From assembly GCA_000830295.1 (NCBI GenBank), contig CP010425.1, positions 32,001 to 96,000 on the forward strand: 64,000 bases of DNA. The letters run 5' to 3'. The stretch comes from an archaeon GW2011_AR15 (GTDB lineage Archaea; Nanobdellota; Nanobdellia; Woesearchaeales; GW2011-AR15). Of the stretch, positions 26,738 to 37,527 are shown one piece after another. The position numbers were made by a program, and so were the translations under genes. The first letter of the stretch is position 1. Each line of letters starts with the position of its first letter. The notes beneath the pieces are model-generated. The model was not told where the DNA came from, did no database searches, and saw only the letters and a program-made list of their open reading frames with translations.

Positions 26738-27133
26738 TTAAAGCCTGTACTCAACCCACTTTATTTTCTTGCTTTCAATTGCCTCTTTCAGTTTTTTCTC
26801 TACATCTGAGAGTTTTGCATTCCCTGTCTTTATCTCAACAAACACAACTTCCTCAGGTTCTTTATTGTCAAGCCCCCTGAAAACAATAAGGTCAATCGGG
26901 CTGCCTATGAACCTTGATTCTGTCGGGGAATACGGGAAGTCCGGAAGATACGGGGCAAGCTGCTCTGAGAATTTTCCTGTCAATACTTGTCGTGATTTTT
27001 CCACAGAATCTTTTCTTAATTTCGGCAGGCTTTCTTTCCATTCCTGGTCTTTCACAACAGAGCCTATCCAGTACCCTATCCATATCAGCACCAGTGCACC
27101 TGCAAGAAGAAGGACAATTGTTAATGGATCCAT
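26738..27133 (-). CDS. Holliday junction resolvase-like PD-(D/E)xK nuclease with N-terminal TM
   Basis: EQLAPY.PDF, FIGSPIDLIVF.G, FVEIKTG. Confidence 0.88.
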   Translation of the reverse strand: MDPLTIVLLLAGALVLIWIGYWIGSVVKDQEWKESLPKLRKDSVEKSRQVLTGKFSEQLAPYLPDFPYSPTESRFIGSPIDLIVFRGLDNKEPEEVVFVEIKTGNAKLSDVEKKLKEAIESKKIKWVEYRL

Positions 27134-27168
27134 GATGAAAAAATAAGAAAAGAAGTTAATATAAGTTT

Positions 27169-27642
27169 CTATTGGACTATGAGCCTTCCTCTCATTTCCT
27201 GATGGCCAGAGCCGCAGAAAACGTTGCAGAAGAATGTGAACTCTCCTGTCTTGTCAGCAACGAACTCAACTGTGACTTCCTCGCCTGGAGAAAGCTTCTC
27301 GCTCACTCCGAATTCAGGAATGGCAAACCCGTGGTCAACATCAACGCTTGTTATCAGAAGCCTGACAGTGTCCCCTTTATTTACTGTGATTTCAGCAGGG
27401 TCAAATTCCCAGTTCTTTGCAACAATGCTGAATTCCCTGACTTCAGCAGCTGCATTATCTGAAACATCTGCATTATCTGATGTTTCCTGCTCCTCTCCTA
27501 CCGGCTGGTCTGCCTCTTCCTGTGTCCCTGCACTGACATCTGCCTCTGCCTCAACATCTGCATTATCTGCATTATTGCCTGATGTTGTGCATGCGGATAT
27601 CAGAAATGCTATAACCAAAATAACTGCTAATATCTTCCTCAT
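27169..27642 (-). CDS. CuA-type cupredoxin lipoprotein
   Basis: Lipobox LISAC, acidic linker, DV.HGF, CNVFCGSGHQEM. Confidence 0.88.
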   Translation of the reverse strand: MRKILAVILVIAFLISACTTSGNNADNADVEAEADVSAGTQEEADQPVGEEQETSDNADVSDNAAAEVREFSIVAKNWEFDPAEITVNKGDTVRLLITSVDVDHGFAIPEFGVSEKLSPGEEVTVEFVADKTGEFTFFCNVFCGSGHQEMRGRLIVQ

Positions 27643-27751
27643 GGTATCACCCGTCTTCTGGATAATGGAAATCCAATATAAAGTTTTCGAATTCCTCTGA
27701 ATGCATAATTTTAAATATAAATTTCTTCTCGGGTAGCTTTGGGGAAATAAA

Positions 27752-28519
27752 ATGAGTCTGAAAAGGGGAATCATGGATGCGGGGTTTATAGTCCTGGATG
27801 ACAAGGTCATGGGAATAAACCTTGGCTGGGATGCGGCTACTGAGCATGAAACTGGGATAAGAGAGTTAAGGAAATCATTCGGCATCGGGCTTGATGAAAA
27901 GCTTCTGGGCTATGAGGCAAGGAAAAATACAGCAGTACCGAAAACTCTTTTTTACCATGAGGATGAGACAGCATCTCTTGTATTCGTTCCTTATTCTTCC
28001 ATTAGCTCAATTGAAGAGGCATTGGGATACATCCCAAAACTTTATGACGGGGAAGATCTTGCCACAGGATGGGAAAGCGATGCATTTGCAGTCAGGACTA
28101 CATTAGAGCACGGCGCTGCTCTGAAAAATGTGTATGAGGCTTTCAGGAAAAAGAGCGGGATAATAATGCTCGGCAACAGGACAACGCCTTTTGCGAATCC
28201 CGGACTAATTCTTATGGACTACAGGAAAATACCTGAAGAATATCTTGAAAAAGCAAGGGAAATTGACAGGACACACAGGGAAGAACAGGCAAATTACAGG
28301 AGACTGGAAAAGGAAAGTGGAGTGTTTGAGCTTCTTGAGAAAGGAGGCAAAGAATATTTTGCCTTAAGCATAAGGGGTCTTGGCGAAAACGGAAAGCCAA
28401 GGTGGTGGCTGTACCCTGAGCAGCAGGATAGGTATGAAGCAGGGTGGTACTCTACAGAAGATTTAAAGCTGTGGGCAAAAAACAAGGGCCCTGTAATGAG
28501 AGAAGCGGACAGCAGGTAA
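27752..28519 (+). CDS. Hypothetical protein
   Basis: 255-aa ORF with upstream TATA; no motif recognised. Confidence 0.65.
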   Translation: MSLKRGIMDAGFIVLDDKVMGINLGWDAATEHETGIRELRKSFGIGLDEKLLGYEARKNTAVPKTLFYHEDETASLVFVPYSSISSIEEALGYIPKLYDGEDLATGWESDAFAVRTTLEHGAALKNVYEAFRKKSGIIMLGNRTTPFANPGLILMDYRKIPEEYLEKAREIDRTHREEQANYRRLEKESGVFELLEKGGKEYFALSIRGLGENGKPRWWLYPEQQDRYEAGWYSTEDLKLWAKNKGPVMREADSR

Positions 28520-28569
28520 ATTCTTGCAATCACAAATTTAATAAAGGAATCCTGATAAGAAAAAAAGAG

Positions 28570-29040
28570 ATGGCATTAAAACAGAGAATAGAGATAATAC
28601 GCTCCATCTATAAGCATAAGGAGGCGTTGCCGATTACAATTTTAGCGGGCTCCCTCATGGCTTTTGTGCTGTTCTATTTCACGTATTTCGAGCAGATATA
28701 CTGGAGCATGGGAAAGCTGTATGCATATGCACAGGTCATTATCCAGATATTATTATCCGCGCTCTTCGGAATAAACATTGCGCTGCTATGGTTCAAGCTG
28801 AAATTTGCTGCTTCTGCTAATTCAGGAAAAGAGATAGGGAGCATAACAATAGCTTCAGTGATAAGCATCATTGTTTCAGGCTGCCCTGTGTGTGGGATAA
28901 CTCTTGCGTATTATCTCGGAATAGCTTCAATATTCGCTTCATTCCCGCTGTACGGGCTTGAGCTGAAAATAATCGGGCTGCTGCTTTTACTTTATTCGAC
29001 AAACCTGCTGGCAAAAGACCTTTACTCATGCAAAATCTAG
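28570..29040 (+). CDS. Membrane protein with GCPxCG motif
   Basis: About 4 TM segments; SGCPVCG. Confidence 0.7.
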   Translation: MALKQRIEIIRSIYKHKEALPITILAGSLMAFVLFYFTYFEQIYWSMGKLYAYAQVIIQILLSALFGINIALLWFKLKFAASANSGKEIGSITIASVISIIVSGCPVCGITLAYYLGIASIFASFPLYGLELKIIGLLLLLYSTNLLAKDLYSCKI

Positions 29041-29550
29041 AAAATTCCTTATAATCTTTTCATTCCTGACTTCGGGGTGGAACATTATGCCGCAGAGATT
29101 CTTTTTTTTGTGCTTCACTGCCTGGACTGATTCTTCAGACTCTGCCAGCACATAAAATTCATTAAGGTTATCAACCCCGTTCCCGTGCAGGCTGTATGCT
29201 TCAAAGTTTCCTGAAAACAGCGGATTCTCCCTCAGTGTCTTTATTTTAGTCATGCCTATCTCTTTGTTTTCAGTGATTCGTGCGCCATAGAGCAAACATA
29301 GAATCTGCATGCCTGAACATATGCCAAGCACGGGAGAGATTGTTTCTTTTAGAAATAAAAAACCGTTAATATTTTTCAGATACTCATTATCTTTCAGTGC
29401 CGTGCCGCAAATAATTATTTTATCATATCCAGACACATCCTTGACATTTGTATAATGCTTTACATCACATTTCCCTGCAATCCCCACAATCGGTTTTACA
29501 AATTCCTCCTCGCTTAATTTGTCAGCGCAGGTGCTTACCACAAGTATCAT
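29026..29550 (-). CDS. Stand-alone class I glutamine amidotransferase
   Basis: PVLGICSGMQ nucleophile elbow, FHPE. Confidence 0.9.
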   Translation of the reverse strand: MILVVSTCADKLSEEEFVKPIVGIAGKCDVKHYTNVKDVSGYDKIIICGTALKDNEYLKNINGFLFLKETISPVLGICSGMQILCLLYGARITENKEIGMTKIKTLRENPLFSGNFEAYSLHGNGVDNLNEFYVLAESEESVQAVKHKKKNLCGIMFHPEVRNEKIIRNFLDFA

Positions 29551-30221
29551 TCCAGCTCTGCCTCTTTTATTTCGAAAACACCGTGGTTGCCTGAAAATCT
29601 TGCGCTGCTTTTTTTCACATTAATTTTTTTCCTGAAAAAAGGCGCACTCAGTACAAAACTCTCAAATTCACCGCCCTCGCCTGCAGGGTTTATTTTGTAT
29701 TTTTCCTTCAGCCCCGCCAGCTCTTTCACTGCTTTCCTGTCAAGTCTTTTTCCGAGCCATGACTCATCAAAGGGGTATGCTGCAACGCCCACTATTATTA
29801 CTTCAAATTTATTTTTCAGCAGGTCATCAAGAAGCTGCAGCTGGTCAAGCTGCCATAAAGGATTGAAGCACCACAGCCCGAGCTCGTCGCATATCTTCTG
29901 TATCCTTGCTGCCTGGTAGACTGACCCGATTGCGCCTGTGACAACACCCTCAATCCGGAAAAGCTCAACAGCTTTTTTTACTGCCTCCTTCAGGTCCGCC
30001 AGTTCTGCTTCTTTTTTCCCTTCTGTCTCCGCAACAATCAAGGGAAGCCCTGCTGCCTCTGCCTGCAGCTGCGTAATCCCTGTATTGGGAGTGTGGAACA
30101 TGTAGCTCTCGGGATTTTTTGATTTTATGGTAATAAGGCTCGCAATTTCATGAAGCTGCATTGCCCTGTATATTGCATACGCAGAATCCTTCCCGCCTGA
30201 GAACAAGCCTGCCAGTCTCAT
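29547..30221 (-). CDS. dph6: Diphthine--ammonia ligase
   Basis: SGGKDS, SYMFH, YQ..RI, PLW, GEGGEFE; start MRLAG overlaps cbf5 stop. Confidence 0.9.
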   Translation of the reverse strand: MRLAGLFSGGKDSAYAIYRAMQLHEIASLITIKSKNPESYMFHTPNTGITQLQAEAAGLPLIVAETEGKKEAELADLKEAVKKAVELFRIEGVVTGAIGSVYQAARIQKICDELGLWCFNPLWQLDQLQLLDDLLKNKFEVIIVGVAAYPFDESWLGKRLDRKAVKELAGLKEKYKINPAGEGGEFESFVLSAPFFRKKINVKKSSARFSGNHGVFEIKEAELE

Positions 30222-31201
30222 TTTATCCTTGGATATGTGCCCGGCTCCATTATTACCTTGCCTGCTTCCACTGCCATGCCCTTTTCTCCCATCATCTCTT
30301 TTGAGGTAAAGATAGCTTTCCCGTAGCATACAAGCTCGTCTTTCAGTGTGAATACTGCGACCATCTCCCCCTGGCTTATCCCTGATTCCAGCTTTGCTAT
30401 CCCGGGAACTGCAAGAGAGGCTCCGTGGCACAGGCTGTCAACAGTGGTGTCCATCACCCATACCTTCGGGAGATGCCTCACAGCCTCCTCAACAGGCCTG
30501 ATAACCTTTCTTATGAATTTCTCATTGTGGTGCTTCTTGTAGTAATACCATGCATCGGCGACATCCTGCAGGGTAAACAGCCCTTCTTCGCTGAAAGGCC
30601 CTGCCCTTGTCCTTCTCAGCTCTGCCATGTGCGCCCCGCACTTCAGCTCCTGTCCCATGTCATGCACCAGCTTCCTGATGTATGTCCCTGCCTGGCAGCC
30701 GACCCTGAAAAGCACGTCCTGCTTTTCCAGGCCAAGCACTTCAATATAGTATATCCTCCTCTCCCTCAGCTGCCTTTTCACAGAGCTTTTTATCGGGGGC
30801 AGCTGCTTTATTTTTCCTGTGAATTTTTCAAATGCCTGGTAAAGCTCGTATTCAGGGACTTCCCTGTGGAGGTGCATCAGGCAGACATATTCTTTTCCTG
30901 CATTCAGCAGCGTCTGGATCACTTTCGTGGCCTTGCTTACTGCAACAGGCAGCACTCCTGTGACATTGGGGTCAAGCGTGCCTGAGTGCCCTCCCTTTTT
31001 TACCCCGAGAATCTTCTGGAGATAAGCAGAAACCTGATGGCTTGTCGGGCCCGCAGGTTTATCTATATTTATTACCCCGAGATTGAGAAGCTGCTCTACT
31101 GTCCTTTTGCCGGGATAAACCCCGAACTTGTCGCTTGTCTCTGAGTCCTTCCTTACAAGAATCTCCCTTTTATTCTTCTCAAAAGGCAGTGTCGTTTCCA
31201 T
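30218..31201 (-). CDS. cbf5: RNA-guided pseudouridine synthase Cbf5
   Basis: DKPAGPTSH, GHSGTLDP.VTG, GTYIRKL, C-terminal PUA. Confidence 0.96.
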   Translation of the reverse strand: METTLPFEKNKREILVRKDSETSDKFGVYPGKRTVEQLLNLGVINIDKPAGPTSHQVSAYLQKILGVKKGGHSGTLDPNVTGVLPVAVSKATKVIQTLLNAGKEYVCLMHLHREVPEYELYQAFEKFTGKIKQLPPIKSSVKRQLRERRIYYIEVLGLEKQDVLFRVGCQAGTYIRKLVHDMGQELKCGAHMAELRRTRAGPFSEEGLFTLQDVADAWYYYKKHHNEKFIRKVIRPVEEAVRHLPKVWVMDTTVDSLCHGASLAVPGIAKLESGISQGEMVAVFTLKDELVCYGKAIFTSKEMMGEKGMAVEAGKVIMEPGTYPRIK

Positions 31202-31218
31202 AAGAGCAGGGATTGAAG

Positions 31219-31533
31219 TTATTTATATAAATGTCGCGATTTCCTTTTCCTGGATTTTTTCCCGCCCCTGTTCTGGTAAAGATAATAGCCAAGGAGCAGA
31301 GCGTTTGCAGCAGCAGAGTATACCCAGACATTCATCCGGGAAAGCCCGCCCGTAATCCTGTATGTGAATTCATTAAAGCCAAGGATAACCCCGAGGGCTG
31401 TTGTGAAACCTATGCTCATAAGCACAACGAGAGCTATTTTTTCAAGCAGAGGCTCATCCTTAAAGAAGATCATTGTAAGCAGGAATCCCGGGACAACAAA
31501 CACAAAAAGAAAGCCAAGAAACTGCAGAATCAT
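31219..31533 (-). CDS. Small membrane protein (DUF1616-like N-terminus)
   Basis: FVVPGF.L...FF, LEKI.L...SI; 3 TM. Confidence 0.6.
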   Translation of the reverse strand: MILQFLGFLFVFVVPGFLLTMIFFKDEPLLEKIALVVLMSIGFTTALGVILGFNEFTYRITGGLSRMNVWVYSAAANALLLGYYLYQNRGGKKSRKRKSRHLYK

Positions 31534-32906
31534 TCTTTTTCCTCTACAAGCTTAAATGAGAACTGGATAAACCTTTTGTACAGCTCCCTGTTGAACATCA
31601 GCGTCATCGCGACATAGAGCCCCAGGCCCAATACTATGAAAAAGACGAGAGAGATTAAGCCTGTTATAGGGAACCATTCCTTCAGCAGCCCCAGAAGGAG
31701 GGCAGTTCCCACGCCTGAAAAGAATATGTAAAAGTAATCCCTGGAAACTGTCAGTATGTCCAGCCTTGTCAGCTTCTCGGCTGTGCCGAGGTAAAGGAGG
31801 GAGCTTGCGACAGAGGATATTGCTGCTGAGAGCGCAATCCCCTGTATGCCTATCCTGCTGTAAAGGAGGAATGAGAGCAGCACAAGCAGGCCTGACTCTA
31901 TATATCTTATCCTGTGCATGACGTCCTGCTTTTCCTCAGTGAAAAACACAAGCCTCGTAACCTCTGCTATGCTCTTCAGCATGCCTGCAAACAGGAACAT
32001 TATAAAAATCTCTGAAAAATTCCCCCATGTAAGGAAATACTGTATAAATTCTTCTGAAAGCACCATGAGGACAAGCGAGCAGGGAACAGCAACAAGGGCA
32101 GTGTATTCAATCAGCCTTATCAGGTTGAATTTGAAGACATCATAGCCCATCTCAGCAAACTTATTCTGGAGATGGCCGGCAAGGAAAAGAGTGATGTTCC
32201 TGTATAAGAAAGAGCCTATGACAAATGAGATGAAAAGGAAGGAAAACTCCCTGAGGCCTATGAAAAACCCGGTGAGGATAAGCACCACATAGACAAGGTC
32301 AATCCCCAGCATGCCTTTCCAGAGCTGAATTAAAATCCTGTTCAGCTCTGCCCTGTGCTTTTCCAGTTTTATCTTTATCGGGAAGTTTTTCCAGAGCAGG
32401 AAGGCTGCAATTGCCTGCACTGCCAGATATCCTGCAATAGCTGAGTAAAATCCGAATTTAAAGAGCACAAGCACAGCCATGAGGGGCAGGGCAATCGTAT
32501 ATGCCCTTGAATATGCCCTGTAAACTTTTTTGGGAGACTTGTCCAGGTAATAGACCTCAGGCATTGTCTTCAGCCCTATGAATATTGCAATGGCTGATGA
32601 GAGCATAAATGATATGTAAAGCTGGCTGGAGACTGAGGAAAGCAGGATCATGATGCCTGCTATTACAATTCCCAGGAATATTGAGATTATGTTCAGGACA
32701 TTATAGAATTTATTCTCTTCATTTTCCCCGCTGCTGTGCCTGGCTGTGTCCAGGAAGGATGTCAGAAAAGTCAGCGTCAGCAGGGGGATGAATGCGATTG
32801 CGAAATCAGGCCTTGAGAGGAACCTTGCAAAGAAAAGTATGGCAATTATTTCCAAAGATTTCCAAAGATAGAAATATCCTACCTTGCTTAATTTCCTGGC
32901 TGCCAT
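31530..32906 (-). CDS. Polysaccharide flippase-like (Wzx/MOP) membrane protein
   Basis: 12-14 TM, ARFLS..DF, IGIQG.A. Confidence 0.65.
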   Translation of the reverse strand: MAARKLSKVGYFYLWKSLEIIAILFFARFLSRPDFAIAFIPLLTLTFLTSFLDTARHSSGENEENKFYNVLNIISIFLGIVIAGIMILLSSVSSQLYISFMLSSAIAIFIGLKTMPEVYYLDKSPKKVYRAYSRAYTIALPLMAVLVLFKFGFYSAIAGYLAVQAIAAFLLWKNFPIKIKLEKHRAELNRILIQLWKGMLGIDLVYVVLILTGFFIGLREFSFLFISFVIGSFLYRNITLFLAGHLQNKFAEMGYDVFKFNLIRLIEYTALVAVPCSLVLMVLSEEFIQYFLTWGNFSEIFIMFLFAGMLKSIAEVTRLVFFTEEKQDVMHRIRYIESGLLVLLSFLLYSRIGIQGIALSAAISSVASSLLYLGTAEKLTRLDILTVSRDYFYIFFSGVGTALLLGLLKEWFPITGLISLVFFIVLGLGLYVAMTLMFNRELYKRFIQFSFKLVEEKE

Positions 32907-32946
32907 ATATGCTGATTAAGGGTTATTCACTATAAATATTTTTGCA

Positions 32947-33597
32947 TTATTTATTCTCAGCAAAAGCAAATCCCAGCTCTTTTCCTGTCCGGGGGTCTTT
33001 GACCCTTGAAGTCATATCCACGCTATCTGCAGCAACCGCCAGCTTTTTCGGCGGCCTGCTCTTGTGGTGCACCCTTGCAATTATCTCCTGACCGACAAAG
33101 CATCCCTTCTGGTAGGAAACATAATCCTCTGAGACATTCAGGAGCATCTCGCTGTCATAGTCAATGCCGTGGAGCGGGATATTGTTCTTCAGCCTGAAAA
33201 GAGTAAACTCCTCATCTGAAACAGTTGTTTCCAGCTCTTTTTCTGTAATGACCAGCTGCCCTTTTTTCTGGGGGATTGCGATGCCCTCTCTTATTTTGCC
33301 ATCCAGGTCAAAATAAACTTTCAGTTTTGTTTTCCCGGCCTCTGCCTTGACCAGCTTCATGTATTTTTCAATGGCTGCCATGAGCCTGCCGTAGAATTTC
33401 GGGTTGATGATGATAAAAAATTCCTCTCCTTTCCTGAACTGCTCAAACGTGACTATTATCTTTCCAAATCTGTCAAGCAGCGCATTCCTGTCAGCATCCA
33501 GGGTATTTGAGGTTACATTTCCCAGAAGCCTGTCTGCCCTGGTTATTTTCAGGACAAGCTTGTCCAGCCTGTAGATTCTTTCCATCTGATTCTGCAT
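32947..33597 (-). CDS. YgfZ/GcvT-like folate-binding protein
   Basis: KGCFVGQEIIARV. Confidence 0.8.
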   Translation of the reverse strand: MQNQMERIYRLDKLVLKITRADRLLGNVTSNTLDADRNALLDRFGKIIVTFEQFRKGEEFFIIINPKFYGRLMAAIEKYMKLVKAEAGKTKLKVYFDLDGKIREGIAIPQKKGQLVITEKELETTVSDEEFTLFRLKNNIPLHGIDYDSEMLLNVSEDYVSYQKGCFVGQEIIARVHHKSRPPKKLAVAADSVDMTSRVKDPRTGKELGFAFAENK

Positions 33598-33678
33598 CCC
33601 GTAGAGGGAAAATGGCTGAGCGTTTAAATAAATTTGTGTAAAAGTTTAAATATGAGAATGAGCATTAAATGGTGCTGA

Positions 33679-34311
33679 ATGGGGTTTATAGCGGCTGCAG
33701 TAGAGCATGGCACATTTACAGCAGATTACGACAAGTTTCTGAATGATCATTACAACCGTTCCCTCTCCCCGCTTCTAAGGAGGCTTGCCAGAAAAAAAGA
33801 GATTATTGACAAGTCTTTTTTTGAGTCCTGCTATGCGCTCTATTCCCTTGGCCTTGATACAAGCAAAGAAAAAAATGCCGCATTTTACGACAGAGGGTTC
33901 TACAGGCTGATAAGGGTAGCGAGGAATGTCAATAATATAGGCTACAGAGACAGGATAGAAGAAGCTCATTCGGATTTCCCGATGTGGCTTCTCCCTACTG
34001 AGTTTATGAGCAGAACCATGCTTGAAGCAGAATATGTCTACAGCCTGCTCTACGATACCGACACAGAGCCGGAGATAAGAAGGACCCTTGATAGTGTTTT
34101 CCTCGGTTCTTATTATTTCGGCAGGGGGCGCTACGGGAGCACAGTGCACACCGGCCTCCTTATGATGGAAATAAAGGCAAAGCACGCAATCGGGAGAGAC
34201 CTGGCTGAGAAATATTTCTACGGCAACGGGCTCGATAAGAAACTGAAGCAGATGGCCTTCGACAAAAGGATAGATGAGATTGCTAAAATATATCTGAACA
34301 ATCAAACATAG
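33679..34311 (+). CDS. Hypothetical protein
   Basis: ORF with SD GGTG and upstream TATA. Confidence 0.6.
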   Translation: MGFIAAAVEHGTFTADYDKFLNDHYNRSLSPLLRRLARKKEIIDKSFFESCYALYSLGLDTSKEKNAAFYDRGFYRLIRVARNVNNIGYRDRIEEAHSDFPMWLLPTEFMSRTMLEAEYVYSLLYDTDTEPEIRRTLDSVFLGSYYFGRGRYGSTVHTGLLMMEIKAKHAIGRDLAEKYFYGNGLDKKLKQMAFDKRIDEIAKIYLNNQT

Positions 34312-34390
34312 CCCCGCAGTTAGGGCAGAGAACCTTGCAGTGCCTTTCATACATCTCATAGCCGCATCGTACACAGTGCATTTTCTTCAT
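34283..34390 (-). CDS. 35-aa zinc-finger micro-protein (HVO_2523-like), absent from ORF track
   Basis: Hand translation MKKMHCVRCGYEMYERHCKVLCPNCGAMFDCSDIF. Confidence 0.8.
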   Translation of the reverse strand: MKKMHCVRCGYEMYERHCKVLCPNCGAMFDCSDIF

Positions 34391-34516
34391 AGATAGAGAA
34401 AAGCAGCATTGCAATATAATATTTTTTAATTTTTAAGTTATCAGAGGGAAGTATCCCTCCGAACCACCCTCTGCTTATTCGAAACTTTTTTAATCTGGAA
34501 GGTTATTGGATAGGCT

Positions 34517-35065
34517 ATGAAGATAAAAATAGGCGTGATGGGCTCTTCTGAAAAAATCAATGATATGACTCTCGTGCGCAGGGCCAGGGAAGTTGGAAAG
34601 CATATTGCCAGGCACAACTGCATCCTTGTAAATGGGGCAACAACAGGTCTGCCTGACCAGGCTGCGCAGGGCGCAAAAGAGGCAGGCGGATTTGTCCTTG
34701 GGATTTCCCCGGCCGAGAACATGAAGGAGCACAAGAAAAGGTACAAGCTTCCTTCAAAAGGATATGACGCAATAATATTCACCGGATTCGGATTCAACCA
34801 GAGGAACATCCTCAACATAAGGACTTCTGATGCCCTTGTTTTCTTAAGGGGCTCTCTGGGAACACTGAATGAGTTCACAATTGCATTTGAGGACGGGAAG
34901 GTTATAGGCGTCCTGGAAAACATGGGCGGGATATCCAGCTTCTTTGACGAGCTTATCCAGCTTACAAAAAAGAAGACAGGAGCAAAGATAATCTACGAGG
35001 CAGACCCAAAAATTCTCATCAGCAGGCTTGTAAAGGAAGTAAAAGCAAGAGACAGCCGGCGCTGA
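34517..35065 (+). CDS. LOG/TIGR00725-family Rossmann-fold protein
   Basis: IGVMGS, GA.TG, LGISP, RNILNI, GSLGTLNE. Confidence 0.85.
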   Translation: MKIKIGVMGSSEKINDMTLVRRAREVGKHIARHNCILVNGATTGLPDQAAQGAKEAGGFVLGISPAENMKEHKKRYKLPSKGYDAIIFTGFGFNQRNILNIRTSDALVFLRGSLGTLNEFTIAFEDGKVIGVLENMGGISSFFDELIQLTKKKTGAKIIYEADPKILISRLVKEVKARDSRR

Positions 35066-35106
35066 TGTGTCCTAAACAACAGAAATAATTATAAACAAAA
35101 AAATAT

Positions 35107-36165
<1,059 letters not shown>

Positions 36166-36166
36166 A

Positions 36167-36622
36167 ATGGCAGAAGAAAAAGTCGTGAAGATGGCTGTAA
36201 CTGCGCTGAAAGAGGGTACTGTGATAGACCACGTACCTGCGGGCCAGGTTTTCAAGGTTGTTGATGTCATGAACCTCTATGAGTACAAGAAGGCGCTGAG
36301 GATCGGCATGTATCTTGACAGCAAAACCTATGGAAAAAAAGATATCCTGAAGATTGAGGACAGGTATCTCACCCAGGACGAGGCCAATATGATTGCGCTA
36401 ATAGCGCCGAATGCCACGATAAACATAATCAAGGACTGGAAGGTCGCAAAGAAAATACAGGTCTCTGTCCCAGATGTTGTGACAGGGCTGAGGTGCGGCA
36501 ACCCGAGATGCATAACAAGGTATGATAAAATAAAGACCGTGTTCAGCGTGCTGGACAAAAAAACCCTGAAAGTAAGGTGCCACTACTGCGAGCATGTTTT
36601 CGGGAAAGAGGAAGTGATCTGA
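36167..36622 (+). CDS. pyrI: Aspartate carbamoyltransferase regulatory subunit
   Basis: GTVIDH, KKD..KIE, CGNPRC...CHYCE. Confidence 0.96.
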   Translation: MAEEKVVKMAVTALKEGTVIDHVPAGQVFKVVDVMNLYEYKKALRIGMYLDSKTYGKKDILKIEDRYLTQDEANMIALIAPNATINIIKDWKVAKKIQVSVPDVVTGLRCGNPRCITRYDKIKTVFSVLDKKTLKVRCHYCEHVFGKEEVI

Positions 36623-37527
36623 TGAAAAAAGATTTCCTGAAGATGACCGACCTGACATCTCAGGAGCTGAAAGAAGTTATTGAGCTGGCTGTCCGGATAA
36701 AAAAAAATCCTGAGAAGTATTCCAAGAGTCTTTCCGGTAAAACTTTGCTGATGATTTTCGCCAAGCCTTCACTGAGGACAAGGGTGAGCTTTGAGACAGG
36801 CATGACAAAGTTAGGGGGGCATGCAATATATTATGACATTGCGACTTCTCCTCTCGGCAGGGGCGAGACAATAGCTGATACTGCAAAGTGCTCTTCGCGC
36901 TATGTTGATATTATCTCTGCCAGGCTGTTTGAGCATGCTGATATTGTTGAACTGGCTAAGAATTCAGATGCCCCTGTCATAAACATGCTTACAAATCTTA
37001 CACACCCGTGCCAGGGGCTTGCTGATTTGATGACAATTAAGGAAAAGAAAGGAAAGCTGGAAGGGCTTAAGCTGGCATACCTGGGCGACGGGAACAATAA
37101 TGTAACCCATTCTCTCCTGCTTGGCTGCGCTTTGAGCGGGATTAATATTTCTGTTGCAAGCCCCGAGGGAATGATGCCTGATGCTTCAATTGTTGCAGAG
37201 GCAAAGAAATTGGGAAAGGTTGTGATTACGCATAATGCCGGGGAAGCGGCAAAAGACGCAGATGTCATTGTCACAGACACATGGATGAGCTACCACATCA
37301 GGCCCGAGAAAAAAGAAGAAAGGGTGAAAAAATTCAGGCCATACCAGGTCAATTCCAAGATAATGAAGCTGGCAAAGAAGGATGCCATTTTCATGCACTG
37401 CCTTCCTGCCTACAGGGATTATGAAGTAACTGCAGAGGTCATAGACGGCCCCCAGTCAGTTGTTTTTGACGAGGCAGAAAACAGGATGTGGACTGAGATG
37501 GCGCTTATGGTTGCACTGCTAAAATGA
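36622..37527 (+). CDS. argF: Ornithine carbamoyltransferase
   Basis: F.KPSLRTRVSF, HPCQ.LAD, MHCLPA, AENR. Confidence 0.93.
   Translation: MKKDFLKMTDLTSQELKEVIELAVRIKKNPEKYSKSLSGKTLLMIFAKPSLRTRVSFETGMTKLGGHAIYYDIATSPLGRGETIADTAKCSSRYVDIISARLFEHADIVELAKNSDAPVINMLTNLTHPCQGLADLMTIKEKKGKLEGLKLAYLGDGNNNVTHSLLLGCALSGINISVASPEGMMPDASIVAEAKKLGKVVITHNAGEAAKDADVIVTDTWMSYHIRPEKKEERVKKFRPYQVNSKIMKLAKKDAIFMHCLPAYRDYEVTAEVIDGPQSVVFDEAENRMWTEMALMVALLK

Noticed and set aside
27462-27575. Repeated ACATCTGCATTATCTG
   Set aside because: Coding repeat (DNADV) in the low-complexity linker of the cupredoxin.
27643-27885. N-terminal extensions in the ORF track (cupredoxin, msrB, sppA, phoU, dph6, pyrD, pyrE, argF)
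   Set aside because: They overlap neighbouring genes or promoters; downstream ATGs with signal peptide, SD or stop-start coupling fit better.
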